Part shown: positions 1 to 11,800 of the stretch, piece by piece
How the letters are laid out: each line of letters begins with the position of its first letter
Numbering within the stretch: position 1 is the first letter of the stretch
Source: Amoebophrya sp. A120
Taxonomy: Eukaryota; Protista; Dinoflagellata
Length of the DNA: 54,298 bases
Assembly (NCBI GenBank): GCA_905178155.1
Contig: CAJINV010000003.1
Coordinates: 6,574,156-6,628,453 of the forward strand
Direction of reading: 5' to 3'
Position numbers and translations under genes: made by a program
The notes under the pieces: generated by a model
The model's input: the letters and a program-made list of their open reading frames with translations, nothing else
The model's database searches: none
What the model was told of the DNA's origin: nothing

Positions 1-418
1 GTTGGAGGGGCGATCGCAGGGTCGGGCGTTCGGGAAGGTTCTATGGGAAGAACCGCTGCTCAAGTCTGACTGGTCATTCGGGGCGCGAATTGGTGGCGCG
101 CAAGTCCGCCGTCGGGGAGGTGTTTCGGTTTCTCCCGCCCCAGCCCGTCGTCCTTCCGCCGGCCGGCGCGCTTGCGAGGCCCGCAAGGGGGCCGGCGCGC
201 AAGTAGGCCTGGCCGGGTTTTTCTGAAGGGGCGCCTGCCGTCGCCTCCTTCTTCCGCCTCGCCTGTCTTCGGGCCCGGGGCAAGGCGGTCGTCTTCCCTT
301 TTTCCCGGTTGTCGCGCGTGTTTCCCCTGTTGCTTTGGGGAAAAAAATTTTTTAGCACTTTTTCAGCAGCTTTTTAACGAAAAAGCCCGGCGCCCTTTGT
401 CCGCCTGAGGCCTCGTCC

Positions 419-1063
419 GTGGTCCTGGCGAAATGGACCGCGGCTGTGAAAAAGCAGGAGTGTCCGCACCTCAAGTTCAAAGACTTGCGCGAATTTGTGC
501 AATTCGCGGCGGCGGTTTTGATCGTCGCAGAGAAGCCCATTGCGCACGCTAACACGTTCGGGCTAAGTGTGTACATTAAGTACAGCGGTAGTCCGTATGT
601 GGTTTCGGACATCAATAAGATTATGAGTGACATGCATACGCAAGTTTGCGATGATGAGTACGCTGATGGCCCGGCTGTTGGCCAGCCCCAGGCTGGGGGG
701 CTTCAGGTGGAGGAAGGGGACTCCCCCCAGGAATATGCCACGAAAGTTTGGTGCTTCTTGACCACGGTGATGCTGGGGGAGCTTGACTCTCTAAAAAATA
801 GCCGCGAAACCACTAACCGCGACGCCAAGCCTTCGGCGCTGGATGGAGGCCCGCCCTTGAAACGCCACCGCGGGTCGGGGATTCCGGGAGTTTGCGCGAA
901 GTATCTTAAAGATGCCACCTGCCGCTATGGGGCGCAGTGCAAGTTCTCCCACTCGCCTCCGGAGTCGGAGGAATTTATCAGGAAGACTGTGGAGACAATG
1001 GGGTGGACGGGATTCGACATCCCGGCCTCGTGGAGGCTCCACGAGGCAAAGAAGAAAAAGTAA
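419..1063 (+). CDS. ORF with one CCCH zinc finger, possibly gag/ORF1-like protein of a retroelement
   Basis: CAKYLKDATCRYGAQCKFSH fits C-x8-C-x5-C-x3-H. The start is uncertain (GTG in the ORF track). Confidence 0.5.
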   Translation: MVLAKWTAAVKKQECPHLKFKDLREFVQFAAAVLIVAEKPIAHANTFGLSVYIKYSGSPYVVSDINKIMSDMHTQVCDDEYADGPAVGQPQAGGLQVEEGDSPQEYATKVWCFLTTVMLGELDSLKNSRETTNRDAKPSALDGGPPLKRHRGSGIPGVCAKYLKDATCRYGAQCKFSHSPPESEEFIRKTVETMGWTGFDIPASWRLHEAKKKK

Positions 1064-1456
1064 AAGCGCTGCCCTAGCAGCGAGCAACGGCCGCGGTTTT
1101 TTTGCTGCGGCGCGATAGTTTGCGATGATGGGATGACTACTACTCTATGTGGACCACGTGAGAACTTTCCTACTGTAATTGTCTAGTGCCTGTAGCTACT
1201 CTCTGCTCTTCACATAGTTATAAGGATCCTGATGGATTTTTTTCGGTGCATAATTTTTTTTTTTTCCATTGCTTCTGCTGCGTTCTACGACTTTATCGGA
1301 CAGGCTTTTGGGGCCTTCTATTAGACCTCTGTATGTCGGTGTCGTCGCGTCGCACTTTGCGTGTGGGGATGCTTTTCGGTACCCAAATTCATCTCCACGA
1401 CGATGTGTGTAGCTAAGGTTCTTTGGGTCGCGTAGTTGCTTCGCGTCTTCGCCGGT

Positions 1457-1961
1457 GGGGTAGGATCGCCACAAGTTCGTTCGCGGTCGTCACCTCCTGA
1501 ACCCGGTGCGCACATCCATAGATGATCACCCAAAGGATGATCTTTCCATCGAGTTTGAGAAGAGCATAAAATGTATGACCGGGCAAGCAAGGTCTTGCGA
1601 GCTTGTGAGTCAAGGCCGACGTTGGTCGGTCTATATTTTATGGGCGGGCTCAACCCGTCCATATTCACGGTAGCCAGAACCTGAGTAGCATGAACAACAG
1701 AGCAAGCACCTTTTCCGTGCTGATTTTCCCCGCCCGCCCGGCCCTATTTTGCTGGGTTATGTTTTGCATGGAAGGATCATGCGGTCTCGCGCCACTTCGT
1801 TTTCCGGGGTGTGACAGAGACCCATCATTGGCATTCGGGATATTGGGGGTAGGATCGCCACAAGTTCGTTCGCGGTCGTCACCTCCTGAACCCGGTGCGC
1901 ACATCCATAGATGATCACCCAAAGGATGATCTTTCCATCGAGTTTGAGAAGAGCATAAAAT
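1457..1961. repeat. 116-bp direct repeat (1457-1572 and 1846-1961)
   Basis: ggggtaggatcgccacaag...gagaagagcataaaat is present twice. Confidence 0.9.
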
Positions 1962-2619
1962 AAAGCTCCTGGGACGGCTGCGGCGTGAGCATTTGTTGCT
2001 ATCTGGGTAGGGATAACCTTGTATGCAAACCTAAACACTAGCGTCAAGGGAGAAAAGAAAAGTAAAAAAGCGGCAAACCATCCTACTATGACACTCACAG
2101 TCCCAACTACGAAAGAAACCATCTGTAAGAGGGGAGAGATGCGACGTAGTTGCCCTCTTGAAGGGCAGTCACAAGGACCGAGAAAATGCAACAAAAACGC
2201 CAAGGGTCATGACCAAGCAGTAACGGCGTAGCAACTACATCACAAACCCCAAGATGGTAAAAAGGTGTCCGCGTACTTCAAGCCGGAGGGGTCGCCATGG
2301 TCACGCCCAGGAGCTAGCTCTCGCTACAAAGCCCAAGAAACTAAGCTACTTAGCTATAACTACGATAAGCTAGCGCGCGCGTATACCGATCCACTTCCGC
2401 CCGTGCCGTCTTTAGTCTGGCTTTCTCGACCACCCCAAGAAGCGGCCCAAAAGTCATGACCAAACCAGAGAAAGCCAAAAACTAAAGTGCTCGCTATTTT
2501 CCGCGTCTTAGATGGTTGTCCACGGGCACGGGTGCTAGCTCACCTAGGACAACCACGCGAAAAGTGCGTGGATTAAAATACTAATATGTAACTAGCACTA
2601 CTACTTAAAACTTCCCTTA

Positions 2620-2802
2620 TAGGCATACTCACAGCAAAGAAAGAACGCACTTGCCTGTCATGCAAAAACGCCATTTGCCATGCGAAATACGCAACAGATA
2701 GCACCTGAAACATTTGTCATGCGCGGCTGCCCAATTCAGTACGCCCATCAATCGCAGACTTGCATTACAAATTCCCAGACCCACACATATTTGCACTGCA
2801 TA
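2620..2802. mobile_element. TIR element family A, right part only
   Basis: Ends ccagacccacacatatttgcactgcata. The left end is not seen and the left coordinate is approximate. Confidence 0.65.
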
Positions 2803-5800
2803 GATGCCAACGGTGCCCGCTTTGGGTACACCGGACCACACCGGTAAACTTCACGCTGAATGTATCGTGGGGCAAAATCCCCCCTCCCCGTATCAAAACG
2901 AAGTTGCGGATGCTGGATTTGCGTACACAAATCAGATCTCTCTTGCTCGAAAGTGCTTGGCGGCATTTTCTGAGCCTGTTTGGGTAAGCAGAAGGCTAGC
3001 AATAATTGCGCATGGCAAACCGGTTTGCAGTAGTAGTCGAAAGCGCAGGACAGACTTGCTCGGGAATGCGTCAAATGGCTGCTATTACCCTGTATGCAAG
3101 ACGAAGACGATTCTTCCCCTGTGGATATTATCGTGGGGAAAACAGGCACAAATCAGCATCACAAATTTCCGTTCCAGTGCCTGCGGAGGCTTGCCTCCTA
3201 AGCGATAATGGACAATGGCGATGTCGGTGCGGTTGTTTTAGCATCACAAATTTCCGTTTTGATATGGGGAGGGGGGACAACTTTTCATTCTGATAGAATG
3301 CCTCGCGTTATGCGCACAGGACCCCTCCTGTACGTACATGGTGCATGGACTAGGTGCCATTGCCAATGGGTTCTTCGGTGGGGAATGGTGGTATCTAACC
3401 GGCAACACGGACAAGACTGGCGACTGCTATATCCGCTCGGACGACTGGTTCGCGCAGCCGGGATTGGATCAATTTGGCAACGCTGGAATGGAAACGTCTG
3501 GCTTCACTTCCGATTACGGGACGTATGACCAGGGTTTCAACGTCCACCTGATGACTTCGGACTGCCGCGGGGACCAGTTGGGCACACTTATGCTGCACAG
3601 CAACGCGGCCAGCCTGTATTGCAAAGGGGATCCCTGCGATGCGCGGGATGTCAGCACCTGCCTGGTTTCGGGATGCGTGGTTCCGACAGACTCCACTGGG
3701 TTCACCGTCTCCGGTGGCTTCGCGGCCTTTGTTGGAAACAGCGCCAAAACGTCCCCCGGCGACACCTGGAAAACGGACTCGGACCTCACATGTGACGCCG
3801 GATACGTTGGGACCCCGGAGTACAAGTGTCACCCGTCGGGTTCGGTATCAAGAGGAAAAATCCCCCCTCCCCATATCAAAACGATGTCTCTGATGCTGGA
3901 TTTGCGTACACAAATCAGATTTGTCTTGCTGGAGAGGGCTGCAGACCCATATCAAGCCAGACTAGAGAGGCCTTGGCCTAGTCGCTTAGCATGAAAAACG
4001 TCCGGGCTGTAGGCCGAACAGCATGACAAACCGCTTGCATAATGCGGCGGAACCTGTGGAGTTGCCTTCTTGCAAGACAGACGCGATTTGTGGTCACAAA
4101 TCAGCAGCGCAAACTTTCGAGAGCGTACCTTTTCAATATGGGGAGGGGCGATTTGGATTTCTCCTCGCGATATTCGGCGTTGCAGCTTCGGGGCTGCTTG
4201 GAAAATCGAAGCGGGCGGGAACTCGAAATGGAGACTTGGAAAATCGAAATGATCCTCTATATCGACTCCGCGCAAGTTAGTACGGTGCAGCTGCCCATTA
4301 TCGAACAAAAAAAGTTCATCACGATCACTCATGCGCATTTTTGCAAGGCAAGACTTTCTGTCATGCGTAAAACTGCATCGCAGCCAAACTTCAAAAGGGA
4401 TTTCCCTAGTGATGTTTCTGCAATACAGGGAAAAAGAACTGCGATGCTAAAAAAAGCCTGCAAGTTGGTGACTGTTACCAACTTTGCTCTCTCCATACCC
4501 ATTCCGCACACGACGGACCGGGCGGCCGACTTCGTGATTATGTGGGACTCGGCGAACAATGCGGGCATTGCTCAGGTGTCGTTTTCCGCCGGGGCCCTCG
4601 ACACCGCAACCCGAGATACCTTATCCTGAGTAAAAACGTCCCCACACCAGAGTCAGGATGGGGATTTTGCAACACAAGCCTAGGAGTTTTGGGAGTCACG
4701 CATGGCAAATTGCGCTCCGCAGTGTAGTGCTGGTTAGCAAGTGCAGCCGCATCACAGATTCATCTGCTCATCCTGTTCACAGCATTACAAATACCAAAAC
4801 ACAATTGGAGATGGCTCTCATGGGGATGCGCATTACAAGTCTTCCTGTCTTTGCAAATCTGCATTACAACTCTGGTGTGGGTACGTTTTTACTCAGGATA
4901 TACCTTCTCCCACACTTATGATGCGGGCAACACCTACACCGTCAAGGTTGGAGGTACCACAGTGCCGGGTTGGGGCTATGACCTGGATACGCACACGAAC
5001 CAGAAGGTGACCGACTTCCAGCGGGCGGTGAGTGGCGTTAATCGGTTCGATATCAAATGCAAAAATGTCTGGGTCGGGAAGAATGCGAGATTTGTCATGC
5101 GTATTATATTTCTCATGACCCATGATGCCTGTAATGCATGGCCTAGCATCGCAGACTTTTAGAGGGCTTCCTGATGCACCTTCCGCATGAGAAATGCCCT
5201 CTCCGCGTAGCACAAACTGGATGGAACCCTCTTGCTGGTCATGCAATACAATTTTTTTCAGAATCCAGAGACAGCATCACTTCGGATTCTTCCAGACCCA
5301 GACATTTTTGCATTTGATATTCGAGGATCCGTGGTCGTGGAGTGGGGTGTCTTTTGCCTTCATGGGGTGCGTATGGATTGTAAAAATGTCTGGGTCTGGA
5401 AGGTTGGAACTTGTGATGCTGCATTGATTTGGAATGCAGAAGAATCTGTATTGCATGAGTACCAAAAGGAATGCAATTTTTGCTACGCGGAGAGGGCGTT
5501 TGTCATGCGGAATAGGCATCAAGAAGCTCTCAAAAGATCTGTGATGCTAGGGCATGCACCGCAGACATCAGGGCTCATGCAAAACGTGCATGACAAGTGT
5601 CGGATCTTCCAGACCCAGACATGTTTACAGTTGATAGTGCGCGAAGCTCTTTTCTTTTACAAACCTTCACGACACGAGCCATTCGGCGAACGTGATTCGA
5701 TCCCACCACACACATGCAAAGAAGATGTTTAAGGGCTGCTCCAACATGGTGACTATGAAAGTCAACAAGTTTCGGCCGACGGGCAGTACGGACTTAAGCG

Positions 5801-8800
5801 GTATGTTTCAGGACTGCACCAAGTTGAAAGCTATCGGCAACCCGGGTAGTTGGAATGTCGCCAAAGTCCGTTCCATTCACGCGATGTTCAAGAACACGCC
5901 CGCGATGCTATCAAAGTGAAAAATCCACCCACCCCATACTCAAACTAGAAATTTGTGATGCAGATTTGTGGTCACAAATCAGCTTTGTCATGCTGGAAGG
6001 GAAAAGATGCGGACTGTAGTGCTGGTTGGCGTGAGAAAGCCTTGCATCTTCAGCATGACAGGGGGCAGCTGGAAGTGGGAAACAGCATGACAAATTGCCT
6101 GCAAACGAGGCCACCGCTGCGTCTCTTGGCCTTCTAGCATTACAAGTCGATTTGTGTACTCAAATACCCCAGGGGGTTGTGGACCTGGCAAAACCGATGA
6201 GTTCGGGCTGCTGACTGTTCCACCTCCCCTAAGTGTGATCACTGCCGCCTCACGCCTCAAATACAGCATCACAAATTTCGTTTTCGATATGGGGAGGGGG
6301 GATTTTTCCTTTTGATAGATGCCGTCCTCCTGTCCCGGCGACTGCAACACCTGGGTAGGACAGTGGAACACGGCACAAATAACCGACTTTAGCGAGACCT
6401 TCGAAAACTCCGGCATTCGCCCCCTCTACCTGGACGGATGGGATACTGGCAACGCACGAACCATGGCGAAAATGTTCATGCTGACGACAAATTGTTTTTT
6501 AAATAGCTACGGTGGGCGGCATGCCGGGTGGGATGTGCGGAAGGTGACCGACTTTTCTTTCATGATGTACAAAACGAGCGGAAAGCGGTCCGGGGAACTC
6601 GGGCAGTGGCAGACGCTCTCCGCCCAAAACCTAGCGGGGATGTTTGAGGACAATGCAGTGGCGCCGGCCTGCGTGACCGATTGGTCCACAGCTAAGGTTT
6701 ATCAAATGCAAAAATGTCTGGGTCTGGAGGGTGGTAACTTGTGATGCTGTCATCTTTGGATTCTAAAAAAATCTGTCTTGCATGACTAGCAGGAGTCCAG
6801 TTTGTGCTACACGGGGAGGGCATTTCTCATGCGGAATAAGCATCAGGAAGCCTTCTAAAAATCTGGGATGCTAGGGCATGCATTACAGGCGTCATTGGTC
6901 ATGCAAAATATGCATGACAAACCTGGCAATCTTCCAGACCCAGACACTTTTGCATTCTATAAGGTTACCAGCATAGCGAAAATGTTCAAGAACGCGGTGT
7001 GCGCGACGCCAAACGTTGCCAGTTGGACCACCTCCGCGATCACCGACAGCACGGACTGGGCCACCAACGCCGGGCAGCTCGGAGGGGCCTATCAAATGCA
7101 AAAATGTCTGGGTCCGGAAAAATGCAAGATTTGTCATGCATATTTCTTATGACCCATGATTGTCTGTGATGTATGCCCTAGCATCACAGGTTTTTAGAAC
7201 CCTTCCTGATACACCTTCCGCATGAGAAAGGCCCTGTCCGTGTAGCACAAATTGTGCCCTTCTTGCTGGTCATGCAATACAAATTTTTTTAGAGTCCAAA
7301 AACAGCATGACAAGTTGCAATCTTCCAGACCCAGACACTTTTGCACTTGATAGGGCCTGCAGCGAGGCCACTCTGGACAGCGACGCGAACCACAGCATGG
7401 GTCCCAGGGTGTTTCGGGCCTCCGACGGAGAGGACGTGCTTTGCCCCAACGACGACGCGTTCCGGGTGAAGGTGAATCCGATTGTATTGGGAGGAAAAAT
7501 GATCCCCCCTCCCCATATCGGACAGGCAATTTGTGTGATGCTGGATTTGCGTAGTAAACAAATGTATTGTTAGAAGGAGGGCAAGAGACGCAGTCGTGGC
7601 CTTGTTTGCAGGCAATTTGTCATGCTGGTCCCCAAGTCCAGTTGTCTCCTGTCATGCTGAAGGTGCAATGCTTTTCCACGCCAGCCAGCACCACAGTCCG
7701 CATCTTTTCCCTTCTAGCCTGACAGCGTGACTTGTGGCCACAATTCAGCGTCACAAATATCCAGTTTGAGTACGGGGTGGAGAAATTTTTCATTTTGATA
7801 GATCGCGTCTCGGCACGATCTACCGCTGGGCTTCCAAGGATCGTCGTCCGGAGGCGCGCACCGGTTCACCGCGTGGTGGGGTGACGCAGCTGCCTCCAGC
7901 GCGCTTCAGGACCATTTGTATATCGGGTCTTCCACGAGCATTGGTTCAGGAGACAAAACCGCGGGCGCGCACACCTACGCGGCTGCGGCGACAGGGATCC
8001 AGATCACCCTCCGGGGTGACTTCCAGGGTTTCCGCAACGAACTAGGGAACAACAATATGCGAAAGTTGCGGGAGGCCATCGTGCAGGTCAACAGCCTGGG
8101 CAAGTACGGCCACCAGACTTTCGTTGCCTTGTACGCCTACACGAACAAGGTCACCACGATAGCAACGCCTGCCGCCGTTTTCAGCAAGCATGCGGGCGAG
8201 GCGACGATCATGAACAGCATGTTCAAAAATTTGCCTCTGACGGGCAATGCCCTCGACGCGGTCCTCGCGGGGTGGGATACAAGCAAAGTGGAGAACTTCA
8301 ACGAGATGTTCAGAGGCTGTAACAAGCTTACGTCGATCACCTTCCCTAATACCTGGGACACCCGTAGCGCCACCACTGTAAGCAACATGTTCAGAAGTAC
8401 TCCGAGCCTCACACAGATCTCCGGCGTCAGCACGTGGGACCTGTCCAACGCCGTGCTGCTTCGTGAGATGTTCATGGCCACGGGCCTGGGCCTTTCCAGC
8501 GGAGAAGTCGACTCCTGGAACACCGCAAAGGCCACGGACATGCGGAACATGTTTGGCGCGTCAAGCGCGAACCCTGGTGTGGGGGGCTGGAACGTCGGCT
8601 CCGTCAGAACTATGGAATCGATGTTTGCAAGCAACACTGGCTTCACCGGGTCCGGGCTCACCAACTGGGACGTGCGGAAAGTCACAAGTATGAAAGAAAT
8701 GTTCCACGGCTGCTCCAAGTGTAACCCCGACGTGTCGAAGTGGGCAACCTCTTCGCTTCAAGTCGTCAGCCAGATGTTTCAGAACACCGGCAAAGCCAAC

Positions 8801-11800
8801 CCGGATGTGCAGAACTGGCAAGTTGGGAAGGTTCAGAGCTTTTTGTCCATGTTTCAGGACGCAGCGATTGCTACCCCGAATGTCGCTGAATGGGACGTAG
8901 GTTCCGCTAACAGCTTCAAGGGCATGTTCAAAAACTGCCTAACGTGCGCTCCGTGCACAGAGAGGTTATCAACTGTAAAAATGTCTGGGTCTGGAAGATT
9001 GCGAGATTTGTCATGCAGATTTTCCATGACCCATGAGGTCTGGAATGCGAGACCCAGCATGACAGATTCTTGGAGGTCTCTATCATGCCTTTCCTGCGTG
9101 AGAAACTCCCTCTCAACTTGGTCAAAAGCGGACAGCTTTTGGCACTCACGCAAGACAGATTTTAGCATCATTCAGATTTAGCATGACAAGTTCTAATCTT
9201 CCAGACCCAGACATTTTTACATTTGATAGAGCTGGCGACCGAGCAAATTGTCGCGGATGGACGAGTTCGTGATGAGTGCCCCCTTATCATGAGCAAAAAT
9301 TCCCCCTCCCCACATCGAAAACGAAATTTGTGATGCTGATTTGTGACCACAAATCAGCTTTGTCTTGGAGTAGAGGACTGCAGGCCCATATCGTGCCGGA
9401 GTCGAGAGGTTTTGGCCTAGGCACTCAGCATGGGGAACGTCTATGCCGTAGGCCCAATAGCATTACAAACCAGCTGCATATTAATGGGGCGGAGACTGTG
9501 GCGTTGCTTTCTTGCATCACAGATGCGATTTGTGGTCACAAATCAGCATGACAAATTTTCTGAGGCGTGCCTTATCGATATGGGGAGGGGGATTTTTCCT
9601 CGCAATACCCCTGCGCGACGCCGAACATAGCGACCTGGTTTACTTCATCGACGTCATGGGATAACCTCAACATGGCCTCGTGGTCGGTCGGCGCAGCGGA
9701 CGAATCCACGTGTGGATATCAAAAGGAAAAATCCCACCTCCCCATATCGAAACGAAGTTTCTGATGCTGGATTGCAGTACACAAATTAATCAGATTTGTC
9801 TTGCAGTAGAGGACTGCAGGCATATGCCAAGCCTGAGCCGAGAGGTTTTGGCGTAGGCTCCCGGCATGAAAAATGTCGACGGTGTAGGCCCAACAGCATC
9901 ACAAGCCGCCTCAATAATGCGGTGGACTCTCTCAATTTGCTTTCTCACAAGATGACAGACAGGATTTGTGGTCGCAAATCTCGTGCTGACGTCCACCATC
10001 AGAAGTGTTCCAGCACGGGGCCGCTCCATGAGTCTGAGTCTGAATCTGACAGATCTCGAGATGCAAAAAACAAATCTGCGCGACAGATTTTGAGAACGAT
10101 GCGCTTTCAATATGGGGAGGAAGGGATTTTTCCTCACTATAGTGGACGGAGCCAGTTTGGAGCAGACGGACAGGACCTGCTGTGTCCCAATGAAGAGCCC
10201 TTTCGCGTGACTCTTTCAGTTGACTCTGGAAGCCTGGCAGTGTCAGTGCCGATTACCGGGGACTCGACAAAGTTCACCGTCTATTGGGACACTTCGACTG
10301 CCAGTGGTCTTGCTGGCGTGTACAGTGTCGTGAACCCGCAGAAAGGGGATGGACGCCACCATACGTTCGCCTCTGCCGGCACGTACAAAGTCCTGATTCG
10401 CGGCACCATCGGCGGCTGGACCGAAGCAAGCACTACGGAGGCGATGAACTGGAAGCAGAGCTTCACCGAGTTACACGGGATGGGTGCGAGCGGCGCGAAC
10501 CTGTTTGAAAATCTCTTTGAAGGAAGCTCCAAGCTGACACAGATTCCCGACGCTGCCGTGTTCAACCGATTTGCAAAAAAAACGACGTCGATGGCCAACA
10601 TGTTCAAAGGATGCAGCAAGCTTGAGGAGAGCAGCTTTACTTGCTTACATACGTGGCAGAGCAGCTGTACGAACGTTTTGGAAACGCAGTATGGCAAATT
10701 GAGGAATGTAAGCGGAATGTACCGGGGCTGCAGCTCTGCAAACGCCTTCTACTACTCTAGCGGCCTTCGCTTCGACGTCAGCAAAGTGACGGACTTCAGT
10801 TACATGTTCGATGGCTGTACTGCCGCTTCGACTATCCATGCTAACTATTTCGACGTCGGGGAGGCACGGAACATGGTCGGAATGTTTCGGAACGCAAATA
10901 AGTTCAATCCAAGCTCCTCGCTGTTTAGCGCGTGGGACGTACGCAAGGTGACCGCCATGACCGAAATGTTTCGCCTCGCCGCGAAGGCGAACCCGGATTT
11001 GGGGAGCTGGAATGTCAGAAGCGTGGTCAGCATGAATAACGTGTTTCACAGTGCGAGCAGTTTCACTGCCGCAAATCTGGGAAATTGGAACGTCGCGAAG
11101 GTGACGACCTTTTTGAGCATGTTCGACGAAGCAACGAGTGCGAACTTATCAAGTGCAAATATGTCTGGGAGGATCTGAGTCTGTCGTGCACATTGTACAT
11201 GACCCCCGATCATGTTGCGGCCTGTGATGCATGCTCTAGCATCACAGCGTTCCGCCCAAAGGTTTGCTGCTGCCTATCCTGCATGAGAAATGCCCTCTCG
11301 CCCGGGTGGAAACAATCTGAGTGGCTTTCGCCTTTCATCATGCAATACCGATGTGTGATCGACGAAAGGCACCATGCATCACAAATCCCATTCTTTCGAG
11401 ACCCAGACATATTTGCAATGCTGCATAGAGTATCAAATGCAAATATGTCTGGGTCTGGAAGAGTGCATGTTTGTCATGCTTTTCTGGCATGACACTTCAA
11501 TCTGTCATGCACGTTAATCAAGAGCCCCATTTTGGTGCTGTCACGCAAAAACGCAGTTTGTCATGCAGAGTAGGCAACACCTAGAAGCTCAAAAGCTTGT
11601 CATGCTGAGCCAGCACCTGTGGCCTCTTCATGATACGCCACCCAGCATCACAAGTTTCCAGATCCAGACATTTTTACAATCCATATAGAGCCCTATCGTG
11701 AGTGACTGGAATGTCGGATCCGCCGTAACGTTAAAAAAGATGTTCCGTGCGTGCACCTATGCATGGCAAATATCTACCCTGGATGTCTGGTGGAACATGG

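Noticed and set aside
6168-6255. Hammerhead ribozyme in the nested insert (ccgatgag)
   Set aside because: The core is not CUGANGA and I could not place a GAAA and the three stems by eye. An Rfam/Infernal search would be needed.
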